Source: Euryarchaeota archaeon UBA106 (GTDB lineage: Archaea > Thermoplasmatota > Poseidoniia > Poseidoniales > Thalassarchaeaceae). Taken from it: DNA of 56,484 bases. The notes under the pieces are model-generated. The model did no database searches. It was not told the DNA's origin and saw nothing but the letters and a program-made list of their open reading frames with translations. The stretch lies in assembly GCA_002502365.1 (NCBI GenBank), contig DAOJ01000081.1, positions 562 to 57,045 on the forward strand. Reading direction: 5' to 3'. Shown piece by piece: positions 19,213 to 28,221 of the stretch (within the stretch, counting starts at the first letter, position 1; each line of letters starts with the position of its first letter). Made by a program: the position numbers and the translations under genes.

Positions 19213-22200
19213 CCGTCAGATACTTCGGTTGTGGAGGGGGTGTATGCTGATCCATGCCTGGTAGACCGCCTTCTGCTTCTACTTCCTGGACATCGTAGGT
19301 CTCAAGCATTTCCTCGGCATCAATCTCTTCTTCATCTTTCTGCCTCATTACTAACCAGCCCAGAACAAGGACCATGGCAACAAGTGCTAGAAGGCCCCCA
19401 CTCTCTTTATTGGGAATGAAATCTCTCCAAGTTAATTCATCCCACGACTTTTGCTGAGTCTCCTTGTCTGCAGAAAGTACACTAATGATATAGTCCTCAG
19501 AACTACAAACTCCAACACCATCACATACTTGCAATATTAGCCGTACTTCTCCAGTTTGGTCCCAAGTCATATTTGCCCAAAGGAAATCATTTTCCGGATT
19601 TCCGTCTAGGTCCGAATCGATTATTGCGTTGAGGTCCCAATCAACCGACAACTCTCCGGTCAAACTCATATCTTTGTCGTTGGTTGTTACCCCATCTCCA
19701 TCGCTATCGAAATTAGCATCAGAATCTAACCAAGCGTCGATTCCCTCGTCTAGGTCTATATCATATGCGCTGTGATTCAAAATTACTAAATCTCCCTCTG
19801 TTACGTAATCAGAGTCAATTGGGTCTATCGATTCAATTTCTGGCGCACTTGATACATAGACTGTAAATGAAGTCGTATTGGTGTCTCCCGTTTCAAATCC
19901 GTCTACCACTGTCAAAGTCACAATATAGGTTCCAGGGCGATTCCAAGAATGCCAAACTATTGGCCCCTCTAATTGAGGCGTTGCATCTCCAAAATCCCAA
20001 ATCCAGCGGGTTATACCATTCCAATCTGAATTGGTTGGATCTGTTGATGATTTTCCGGCAAAAATAGGGTCCGAGTCAAAACTTCCCGAACCATCCAGCT
20101 TCAATGGACAGTTTGGTGCAATGAACGCCCCTCCACTAGATACGAATGGAACCCACCAAGTTACTTCTTCCTCATTTGTGGGGATATTGAGTAAGGCGCT
20201 ACCATTCTCACTGGGTTGAGAGAATTCAATCATTGGAACTGGAAGTGGATTTGCAATTCTAATTTGATAGGATTTGGTAGCAGATTCTGCTCCAAGTTCA
20301 TCGACAACCGTCAAGGAAACCGTATACAATCCAGGTTCAGTAAATGTATAGTAAATCGATGATGAATTGACAATTTCTTCTTCTAAATTTGAAATCTCCC
20401 ATCGTGTCTCTAGCAGAGAGGTATCTCCATCGGGATCGAAGGATAAGCTCTCGAAGAAGTATTCAGTTTCAACTGTCCCATCAGAAGGTCGATCGAATAC
20501 TGCAACTGGCCTCTGATTCAATACACGAACCATTATGGTGGTCGCGGATGTATTTCCATCGTCATCTGTAACTTCAAGAGTTACCGTTTTCATACCAGGC
20601 GTATTCCATCCAACAGTTGGATTTTGGTCAACAGAAATAGTCTGGGAGAAGTCAGAAGTGGGTGTTATACCTCCTGTGGAGAAATTAACTCCTGAATCAA
20701 AATCCCACCGGTATCCTACTATTATCCCATCATCATCTGTAAAAATATCTGGCATTTGGAGAGGAGTTAGGGTGTATGTTTGTAACTCTTCATCAAAAAT
20801 TTGTCGAGGTACACGATTCAATATTCTGACATAAATTTGCTCTTCCACCACAAAAGTTCCGTCATTAATTATCAGAGTCAAAGTGTAAACTGTCCCTTCA
20901 GCGCTACCATCGACATAAGCATGGCTGGCTTCAACTAGTCCAACACCTGATTCGTCATTTCCATCACCCCAATTCCATGTGAACTCAATTTCATCATGGG
21001 GTACGTTATCTAAGGTGCCTCTAGCAGAGAAAAGTACCCTTTGGTCTGTGAAAAGTACAATTTCATCGGTTATCGGGACTCCGTCGACCTGAATCTCCGG
21101 AATTGGCTCTGTTGTATCTGTTACATTTACTATCCATGTTTGAGTTTGAGAATAGAATCCACCAATGTCCACCACGTTTAATTGAATGTTGTAAGTGCCA
21201 GTCTCATTGTAATAATGAATTGGATTCTTTAGGCTTGAAGTGGTGTTATCTCCCAAATCCCAGTTGTAAGCCATTGGTGTTTGATTATGCCCGTAGGATC
21301 CGTTAATCTGGCCAAATCCCCAGACATCGTAACCACCACCAAAGAAATTTACAGGTAACCATGTTTGAGTAGTTCCTGTTGATGTAGATCCACTTGCCAC
21401 AGGTTCCATATTCCCAAGTGCAATTGGAAGAGTAAATGCTGTATCTGTAATCTCTCCACTTACATCTCTAATGTCTACTCCAAAAGTCCAGTCCCCACTT
21501 TCAGGCGGAGTAAACCAAATTGATTCTGGGTTCGGGACACTATTACCTGCAGTCATCGAGAATGTTATTGAATCACGTAATGTATTATTGACAAAGGCCT
21601 CAAATGTAACCTCAATAATCTCAAAGAATGCATCTGAGGTGACCTGTAAATCGATTTGGACACTATCATCTAGATTATTTTCATCTCTATCCAAAGTTGT
21701 AACTTCGATTATGTCTACTTCTGCTGGACTTGTAATCAGCCCCGCTTGGACTACAATGTCTGTAGTTGGATAAGAGCCGGTTGTAATGCCACAACTAGCA
21801 AAGTTGTAATCACAATCGGTGACTTGAGACTCATACCAAACAATTACCCAAACTTCACTCGATGTGTTGCCAAATCCGTGAACTAAGGCTGTACCCGCTC
21901 CGGTTGCAGAATCAATTCTCAATCTATCCATCGTCCAGCTTCCGGTTGCAGAATCTTTGATCATTACAGTTCCAGTTACTCCAAAATTGGTTGGTTGAAC
22001 CATTAAATTAAGCGGAGCCCCAGTTCCTCCCGCAAACTTGTAAGCCCTCATTCCCCATCCCTCAAGTTCTTGTGAAGGACTAACCCAGGTCGATTGCCAT
22101 TGATCTTGATAGCCACTCATTTGTACTTTGCAAATAAATCCGGTAACACATCCTGCGGTCATTGCGATATTTGAAAATCCAAATGCACCTTGGGCACTAT

Positions 22201-23275
22201 CGAGGCTGACTGCAGCGGTGAAATTAGCGAAAATATCCGACATGGTAGTTCCTATTGCAGTTGAACCGGGTTCAGGATTTCTTGCTAAATTCTCAACTCC
22301 GACTCCGCCTGTAGCAGTGTCGGCAACCAGTCTAGAAATCGCTGTACCTCCTCCAAGTTTGTCGGCTAAATACATCACAAACATGAAACTTCCACCATAA
22401 TCTGCTATTCTTTGATTCCACCAACGAACACTCATGTTGGCATTTTGTGACCATTCATTTGCATGCCCTGAGATGGTGTTGGTCACACCAAAGCAGAGGT
22501 AAGCTGCCATATCAGCAGCCCCTTCATCTAACCAAATGTACTCGAATGGATCTCTTGCATTGTGAAGTAGATGTTGAAACTCATGAGCAATAATCGTGTT
22601 TCTCCAACTTAAATCACCTGAATCAACAAACATAATTTCTCTTTGATTGGCAACGTTGGGGTCGAAATAACCTCCAATGCCACCTCCGCCATCGATTTGG
22701 AAAATTAGGATTTCAATCTGACAATTATTGTCCACATCAGGAGCGGTCCCGAAGTAGGTAGTATCTGTTGGATAAATTGTCGATTCCCAAGTCGATGTTA
22801 TGTCATTGAGTGTTGTTGAGGGAATAACTACTCCATCCTCAACAAAAATAGCCGAGCTTGCAGATATTTTCTTTACTGTGGCTGAAACTAACCCACTAGA
22901 TGTGGAAAAGGTGTCCGTGTCATCGACTTGCCATGCATTTGAACAAGTGCCATTGCTAGACCGTGAGTTCTGGGAAGAAGCCGCAAAAGGGTCGATTAAA
23001 TTCGGATATCCATTTTCAATCCACTGCTTTTTTAGATAGCCAAATGCCGAATAAACTGGATTTTGTTCGTCATTGAAAATATATGCATGACCATCCTGTT
23101 CGGGACTGAAATCGCTTAGGTCACCGAATTGAGCGGGAATTTCTTCGTTAGCAGATTCGCTACTCGCTCCTACCATTGGTAACATCAGAGAACCCAGCAT
23201 CAACCATATCAACAACAACGAAGTTGTTGGCTTTGAACGTGGCTTCAAGTAACTCAACATGACGCACCTCAGCAA
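19151..23275 (-). CDS. Giant surface protein: gluzincin metallopeptidase-like head (M30/hyicolysin-like), PKD-repeat stalk, C-terminal TM anchor and cytoplasmic tail
   Basis: Signal/anchor LLLIWLMLGSLMLPMVGA. IIAHEFQHLLHN (HExxH, nt 22585-22571) plus WLDEGAAD. PKD signatures YNWDLGDN, FTWNWGDGN, YRWDFDSG and WIWDFGDAT. TM GGLLALVAMVLVLGWLVM, then an acidic/Pro-rich tail. Confidence 0.8.
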   Translation of the reverse strand: MLRCVMLSYLKPRSKPTTSLLLIWLMLGSLMLPMVGASSESANEEIPAQFGDLSDFSPEQDGHAYIFNDEQNPVYSAFGYLKKQWIENGYPNLIDPFAASSQNSRSSNGTCSNAWQVDDTDTFSTSSGLVSATVKKISASSAIFVEDGVVIPSTTLNDITSTWESTIYPTDTTYFGTAPDVDNNCQIEILIFQIDGGGGIGGYFDPNVANQREIMFVDSGDLSWRNTIIAHEFQHLLHNARDPFEYIWLDEGAADMAAYLCFGVTNTISGHANEWSQNANMSVRWWNQRIADYGGSFMFVMYLADKLGGGTAISRLVADTATGGVGVENLARNPEPGSTAIGTTMSDIFANFTAAVSLDSAQGAFGFSNIAMTAGCVTGFICKVQMSGYQDQWQSTWVSPSQELEGWGMRAYKFAGGTGAPLNLMVQPTNFGVTGTVMIKDSATGSWTMDRLRIDSATGAGTALVHGFGNTSSEVWVIVWYESQVTDCDYNFASCGITTGSYPTTDIVVQAGLITSPAEVDIIEVTTLDRDENNLDDSVQIDLQVTSDAFFEIIEVTFEAFVNNTLRDSITFSMTAGNSVPNPESIWFTPPESGDWTFGVDIRDVSGEITDTAFTLPIALGNMEPVASGSTSTGTTQTWLPVNFFGGGYDVWGFGQINGSYGHNQTPMAYNWDLGDNTTSSLKNPIHYYNETGTYNIQLNVVDIGGFYSQTQTWIVNVTDTTEPIPEIQVDGVPITDEIVLFTDQRVLFSARGTLDNVPHDEIEFTWNWGDGNDESGVGLVEASHAYVDGSAEGTVYTLTLIINDGTFVVEEQIYVRILNRVPRQIFDEELQTYTLTPLQMPDIFTDDDGIIVGYRWDFDSGVNFSTGGITPTSDFSQTISVDQNPTVGWNTPGMKTVTLEVTDDDGNTSATTIMVRVLNQRPVAVFDRPSDGTVETEYFFESLSFDPDGDTSLLETRWEISNLEEEIVNSSSIYYTFTEPGLYTVSLTVVDELGAESATKSYQIRIANPLPVPMIEFSQPSENGSALLNIPTNEEEVTWWVPFVSSGGAFIAPNCPLKLDGSGSFDSDPIFAGKSSTDPTNSDWNGITRWIWDFGDATPQLEGPIVWHSWNRPGTYIVTLTVVDGFETGDTNTTSFTVYVSSAPEIESIDPIDSDYVTEGDLVILNHSAYDIDLDEGIDAWLDSDANFDSDGDGVTTNDKDMSLTGELSVDWDLNAIIDSDLDGNPENDFLWANMTWDQTGEVRLILQVCDGVGVCSSEDYIISVLSADKETQQKSWDELTWRDFIPNKESGGLLALVAMVLVLGWLVMRQKDEEEIDAEEMLETYDVQEVEAEGGLPGMDQHTPPPQPKYLTVDERRNKESGYVRPIRTRRR
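19847..21403 (-). repeat. Array of about 5 PKD-like Ig-fold modules (protein-level repeat)
   Basis: W-x-[WF]-G-D-type motifs recur at roughly 90-100-aa spacing between aa 625 and 1143 of the 1374-aa protein. Confidence 0.6.
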
Positions 23276-23316
23276 TAGGACAGGTTCAAGCCCCGCTTCA
23301 ACCCGCTATAACATCG

Positions 23317-24360
23317 ATGGAGCATCGTTCGGACGTACCCGGCCCGAAGGGCCGATTCTCTACTCGTCCTTCACCAATTGCCATCAGACCTTATGTTGTA
23401 ATCGTAATATGCATTCTTTCATCATTGATTTTTCCCGTTTCAAATTTGAATGCAGAGACCCCTGACGTTTGGGAAGTTGTCGAAATACAACCTGAAATTA
23501 TCAATGTTGTTCCTCATGATGAATCTGCTTTCACGCAAGGGTTAGAAATTCACAACGGTAAATTATACGAAAGTACAGGATTATATGGTCATTCTAGCGT
23601 AAGAATAGTGAATATGGAAAGTGGCCAAATAGAGGCTCAGTACAACCTTTCTGAATCTTTTTTCGGCGAGGGTTTAACAATTTTGAATAATACTATAATT
23701 CAACTAACTTGGAAAGAAAATATTGCTTTGATTTATGACATCGATTCACTTGAGGAAATAGGCAATTTTTCCTATGAAGGAGAGGGATGGGGGGTCTGCA
23801 ATTCTCAAACAACAGGGTTGTGGATTTCCGATGGGACAGGTCAACTAAAGAATTCCAATTCTTCATCAATTTCATTTAATAAATCAATAGAAGTTTTGCT
23901 AGGTGGTGGGCCAAGCCAGAGGTGGAATGAATTGGAATGTATTGGAAGCAATGGCGACATTCTCGCCAACAGATGGTTCGACGACTCGATTTATCTGATT
24001 CACACTTCAAATGGTCATGTTTGCCAGAAGGTCGATTTCAGTTCCATACGAAATCAGTATGAGACCGATTCATCAGGAGTCTTGAATGGAATTGCTTGGG
24101 ACTCTGAAACAGGAAATTATTGGATTACTGGAAAGAACTGGTCAAATTATTATGAGGTGAAAATTGAGTTTGTTGACTTATCACCCAGTTGCCAGGTTGA
24201 ACCATCTGGTGAAACTCCAACTGATTGTATGAATTGTGAGAATAACGAGGGGATAGGTCTGATTCATTTTCTTGCTTTATCAATAATGATATTGGTCATT
24301 TACGCGTCAATCTCAAAGCGGCAAACTCAGAAGCCGTCTATTGTCTCAGAGGATGAGTAG
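23317..24360 (+). CDS. Glutaminyl-peptide cyclotransferase (beta-propeller plant/bacterial type), membrane tethered
   Basis: HDESAFTQGLEIHNGKLYESTGLYGHSSVRIVNMESGQ matches the glutamine cyclotransferase family signature. N-terminal hydrophobic segment VVIVICILSSLIFPV and C-terminal TM LIHFLALSIMILVIYASI. Confidence 0.8.
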   Translation: MEHRSDVPGPKGRFSTRPSPIAIRPYVVIVICILSSLIFPVSNLNAETPDVWEVVEIQPEIINVVPHDESAFTQGLEIHNGKLYESTGLYGHSSVRIVNMESGQIEAQYNLSESFFGEGLTILNNTIIQLTWKENIALIYDIDSLEEIGNFSYEGEGWGVCNSQTTGLWISDGTGQLKNSNSSSISFNKSIEVLLGGGPSQRWNELECIGSNGDILANRWFDDSIYLIHTSNGHVCQKVDFSSIRNQYETDSSGVLNGIAWDSETGNYWITGKNWSNYYEVKIEFVDLSPSCQVEPSGETPTDCMNCENNEGIGLIHFLALSIMILVIYASISKRQTQKPSIVSEDE

Positions 24361-25111
24361 GAGGGCGGACAGCATGGCCGAGGGTGAAGAATCTCGAAGA
24401 ACTCGCTTTGAATGGTGGCTGGAAGACCTCTCCATAGATCCTGCCACTAGGATAGCAGGTGCTTTGTTAATCATCTTTGGAAGTATGCTTGGAGTTTTGA
24501 CAGGTAGCCTTCACATCACTGCAGATATCGGAGATGTACTCAATGGCCAGCTTGATGACTCAGGAAGTAAAGCAGATGTGAATGGAGCAGTTTATGCCGC
24601 TTTAGTAAACAATTCATCCGGTGGAGAAGGTATGGATGAGGTGACGATAATTCTCTATAACGATGAAGAACTTGAGATAGGTCGGGACATTACTGACTCA
24701 AGCGGTAGATTTTCAATACAAGATGTACAACGAAGTTCATCGATGTTGGTGGTTGAATATCCTGGTCACATTACTCAACGTGTTATGTTGGTTCCAGGAG
24801 ATCATACTCAGATTATTATTACATTAACCGAGGGTGAAGGCATTGAAGATTTGGATATGCGTGGAGAGAGTTATCTTGCCGAATCAGTCCTAATCACCTC
24901 GATAATTGGTGGCTTCACATTATTTGCAGGAATTTTCGGAATCTTAGGTGGTATTGAGGCGTACAATGGCAGAAATCATTTCCGAACACAATTTCTTGCA
25001 TACCTCGGACTTTGGAGTCAGGGTTTGATGTTTATTGGACCATTATTCATTTTGTTAGGTATGGGCCTTACCTACCTCAGCCGCAAACAGTTCGGCATAT
25101 TGGAGGTTTGA
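24341..25111 (+). CDS. Hypothetical polytopic membrane protein with carboxypeptidase-regulatory-like beta-sandwich
   Basis: TM IAGALLIIFGSMLGVLTG. VTIILYNDEELEIGRDITDSSGRFSIQDV...VVEYPGHITQRVMLV resembles CarboxypepD_reg. Further TM helices lie at the C-terminus. The alternative start MAEGEE at 24374 removes the overlap with the preceding gene. Confidence 0.5.
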   Translation: MSQRMSRRADSMAEGEESRRTRFEWWLEDLSIDPATRIAGALLIIFGSMLGVLTGSLHITADIGDVLNGQLDDSGSKADVNGAVYAALVNNSSGGEGMDEVTIILYNDEELEIGRDITDSSGRFSIQDVQRSSSMLVVEYPGHITQRVMLVPGDHTQIIITLTEGEGIEDLDMRGESYLAESVLITSIIGGFTLFAGIFGILGGIEAYNGRNHFRTQFLAYLGLWSQGLMFIGPLFILLGMGLTYLSRKQFGILEV

Positions 25112-25112
25112 T

Positions 25113-26453
25113 GTGTATCTTATCACCATAGAAGGAGGTGATGGCTCCGGTAAAGGCCTTGCAACAAAGGTGGTTGCAGAGGTACTCGAAAGGGAGTTTT
25201 GTTTCACATCTGTAGAGGTTACCGGTGAGCCACGTCGCGATCATCCTCTCGGTAGATTAGCGATCGATTCAGTAAGGCAAAAAATCCACACCCCTGAGGA
25301 AGAAGCTGGATTTTTTGCCGCAGATCGAGTTGATCATTCCCATGGTTGGATACTCCCTCGATTGGAAGAAGGTAGGATTGTAGTCAGTGAAAGAAACGTT
25401 CATTCCTCCCTAGTTTACCAAGGGATTGTAGGCTCGTTAGGTGTAAATCGTGTAGCACAAATCAACTCTGCGGCTTTAGTTCCAGACCTATGTATTTGGG
25501 TAGATTGTGACCCAGAAGTTGCAATGAAGAGAATTCAATCAGGCACTCTTCGAATGATGTCAGATAAAGCCGAATACTTTGAAACAACAGAATTACAAAA
25601 AGCCATTCGATCGGGTTATGCTTCTTTGCTATCTGGAGAAATTGAAATGCCAACACCATTTGATATGGGTGCAATAATTGGACCAGTTTCTAACGAGACA
25701 ACAGAAAGAGAGTTTCGCAAAAAATTAACTCGTCACATTAGGAAATTCATTCATTCTCATCCTCCTCCTTTGAACGTAGATTCCGAAGCGGTTGAACGTT
25801 TCATGCTAAAGCGATTAATTAAATCAACAAAGGGTCAAACGGTTTTGGATGGCTTGGGTGTTGAACCTGCTAGGACGCTAAATGACTGGTTAGATGGTAA
25901 GGCACCATGGAAGGTACTCAAAGAAGCCCAGCAAGACCATAGTGGAGCTTTGGAATTGATTTCTGAAGATCAAAGAATTTACGTTCCAAAATCAGTTTTA
26001 GCCCACTCGATTTGTTCAATATGTGGGACTTTGGCTTTGATTCCATCTGCCGATGTAAATGAGTTGAGGGAGGCGCAAGGTCCAGTCAGGGCAGTATCGG
26101 ATTCTCACACTCACAAAGTGTTACGTTTCCTCGCTGACAGATCCAACTGGGTTAATCAGCATAAGTCACTATTAGGAAGAGATGCTGCTAGAACCCAATT
26201 AAGAGATGAATCTCATTCTTTTGGAATTCTTTGTTTAGTTCTTTGGCCATTAAGGAAAGTATTGTCTAAATGGATATCAAATAATCCAGACACCCACATT
26301 AGATTTGCAATGGGACAAATTGTCCGTTCTGGTGAACACCCCCGGGCAGTTCGAGACACTATCGAAAGACTTGCAATTTTAGGAAACGGTAATTCCAATA
26401 ATTCTCTTCCAGCAGGTAATAGCGGCCTTGTGAATTGGTGGCAAGGAAATTAA
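25113..26453 (+). CDS. tmk: Thymidylate kinase-like P-loop kinase with about 240-aa unrecognised C-terminal extension
   Basis: GTG start 7 nt after GGAGG. ITIEGGDGSGKG P-loop, AADRVDH (DR motif), VVSERNVHSSLVYQG. Residues about 205-446 match nothing I recognise. Confidence 0.7.
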   Translation: MYLITIEGGDGSGKGLATKVVAEVLEREFCFTSVEVTGEPRRDHPLGRLAIDSVRQKIHTPEEEAGFFAADRVDHSHGWILPRLEEGRIVVSERNVHSSLVYQGIVGSLGVNRVAQINSAALVPDLCIWVDCDPEVAMKRIQSGTLRMMSDKAEYFETTELQKAIRSGYASLLSGEIEMPTPFDMGAIIGPVSNETTEREFRKKLTRHIRKFIHSHPPPLNVDSEAVERFMLKRLIKSTKGQTVLDGLGVEPARTLNDWLDGKAPWKVLKEAQQDHSGALELISEDQRIYVPKSVLAHSICSICGTLALIPSADVNELREAQGPVRAVSDSHTHKVLRFLADRSNWVNQHKSLLGRDAARTQLRDESHSFGILCLVLWPLRKVLSKWISNNPDTHIRFAMGQIVRSGEHPRAVRDTIERLAILGNGNSNNSLPAGNSGLVNWWQGN

Positions 26454-26456
26454 ATT

Positions 26457-27254
26457 TCAAACCATCCGTAGTTTAGCGTCTGCAGGAAGACGTACATCTT
26501 CGGAACTATCGAATTCATGAGGTCTAGCTGAGAACATTGCAGAAAATAGCCATCCTCCAACGAACCCTGCTGGTACACCGGTGATTATTCTCATAGTATT
26601 TGTTGATTCGTAGGAGGTAAGTAACTGAGTAAAACCATCAATTCCCATGGGCACTAAGCCAATCCCCATTATTACAATCATCAACATCATCCTTTGGTCT
26701 TTGTAGTAGAACTTCTCGATTGATTCATCAGGAAGCATAGAAAGGAAAGTATCTCTTAAAGTCCACCGATTAAGCCCTTTTTGCTGCCAAATTAAACAGC
26801 AAGCTACGAATCCAAATAGAATACCGATATCTCGAACACAGACTGCTAATTGATTACCATTAATCTCCCAAGATCTGTAGTGTTTTTGATGACAATTCAA
26901 GTCTCCTATAGCGTAAACAGTTGCTGCAATTGGATTTAGATCTGTCCAAGCAAATGGACCACCATTTGCCTCTTGGTCATGACCTGCATGTTCGTAATCG
27001 CTATTGTCATTATTTCCCCAAGACCAAGTTCCGTCAATTGTGGCATAATCAAATCGATTAGCGCGCCCTGAAAGGTCAGGGATTGAATCTGCAGGCATGG
27101 TTAACGGTGTCAGAAATAAGAGAATAAGATAGGTACCTGCTATTGCTGCTAAATTACGCCCGACCTTAGATTCTCTAATTTTATCTCCACGTCCATTTTT
27201 CAATCGAGACTCTCCTGCTTGAGGCATTGAACAATCGATGGGTTCTATCGTCAT
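26457..27254 (-). CDS. DUF2085-family membrane protein
   Basis: LNCHQKHYRSWEINGNQLAVCVRDIGILFGF gives the CHQ...RS...C.R signature of DUF2085. The track ORF starts at a TTG at 27257; the first ATG is at 27254. Confidence 0.65.
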   Translation of the reverse strand: MTIEPIDCSMPQAGESRLKNGRGDKIRESKVGRNLAAIAGTYLILLFLTPLTMPADSIPDLSGRANRFDYATIDGTWSWGNNDNSDYEHAGHDQEANGGPFAWTDLNPIAATVYAIGDLNCHQKHYRSWEINGNQLAVCVRDIGILFGFVACCLIWQQKGLNRWTLRDTFLSMLPDESIEKFYYKDQRMMLMIVIMGIGLVPMGIDGFTQLLTSYESTNTMRIITGVPAGFVGGWLFSAMFSARPHEFDSSEDVRLPADAKLRMV

Positions 27255-27271
27255 CAACCTATCGCCCTACC

Positions 27272-28042
27272 ATGGTCGAGGTTAGGGTGCGAGATGCATT
27301 CGTCATCTCGTTAGTAATTTCCTTGATGGTATTGGTAATGTCTTCGATGATGGCTTTCTTCGCAACCGGTATGACAGAAGAAGCAATTCAACCGGCATTG
27401 AGAACCGGTCTTGTACTTGGTATTGGGGTTGGTTCAGTAGTTCTACTGTTCGCTTTAGCTAGAGTTAGAGACCATGCTGAAAAAGGTCAGGCTAGAGAGG
27501 AGTCTCGCGCAGCAGAAGTTGAAGCTTTACGCATAGAAATGGCATATCTCTCAAGTGAAACAGATGGCGCTTGGAATGTAGAAGAAAGAATTCGCCGTGA
27601 AAGAGGGGTGTTGACTTTCGACATGCACGGGTTGAATGCTCCAATGGCAGCCGGTGCGACGGAGAGATTACTTTCTATTCGTCAGAATTTGAAAAGGGTT
27701 AGAGTGGTAACAGGTCGTGGAGAAATATTACACGAAAATTCTGCAGACCCCGGTATTAGACCTGCGGTTTTACAAAGGTTAAGAATTGGCGCAGAGGCGG
27801 TCGACTGGCAAGTTTTAGAAAAAGCCGGCTCTATTACTCTAAGGCCTATGGGGATAGCACCAACAAAAATTCAGAGAGCCCGCAGATTCGTTATTTTCGT
27901 GATACCTATGTGTACCATTATGGGGTTCACATTTAGAGACTTAGCGGGTTCAACTATGGAAGAACAAGGCTTAGCATTTGGAATTGGTGCTGGACTTCTA
28001 CTAACCGCTTTATTATCCAGTTATAGAGACCGCTCAGGCTAA
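27272..28042 (+). CDS. Membrane protein with central Smr (small MutS-related) domain
   Basis: The track ORF starts at a TTG at 27227; the first ATG is at 27272 (MVEVRV). LTFDMHGLNAPMAAGATERLL...VRVVTGRGE gives the DxHG...TGxG Smr pattern, flanked by N-terminal (2) and C-terminal (2) hydrophobic helices. Confidence 0.6.
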   Translation: MVEVRVRDAFVISLVISLMVLVMSSMMAFFATGMTEEAIQPALRTGLVLGIGVGSVVLLFALARVRDHAEKGQAREESRAAEVEALRIEMAYLSSETDGAWNVEERIRRERGVLTFDMHGLNAPMAAGATERLLSIRQNLKRVRVVTGRGEILHENSADPGIRPAVLQRLRIGAEAVDWQVLEKAGSITLRPMGIAPTKIQRARRFVIFVIPMCTIMGFTFRDLAGSTMEEQGLAFGIGAGLLLTALLSSYRDRSG

Positions 28043-28185
28043 TGTCCAGAGTAGTCTGGAACACCCTCACAACATGCTTCTACGACTCTTCTACATCGTG
28101 GACATTCCATGTGTTGCCTCATAGGAATTGCCGGTCCTTGAAACCCACACTCACATAGAATGGATGCGCAATGATCGTGATCCAT
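28039..28185 (-). CDS. Unannotated 48-aa Cys-rich ORF downstream of sufD
   Basis: My translation: MDHDHCASILCECGFQGPAIPMRQHMECPRCRRVVEACCEGVPDYSGH. It has 7 Cys and 5 His and lies 36 nt after the sufD stop on the same strand. It is below the ORF-track size cutoff and has no obvious SD. Confidence 0.3.
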   Translation of the reverse strand: MDHDHCASILCECGFQGPAIPMRQHMECPRCRRVVEACCEGVPDYSGH

Positions 28186-28221
28186 AATGGGTCTGGTACG
28201 GATTAAGTCCAAATTGCTTAC

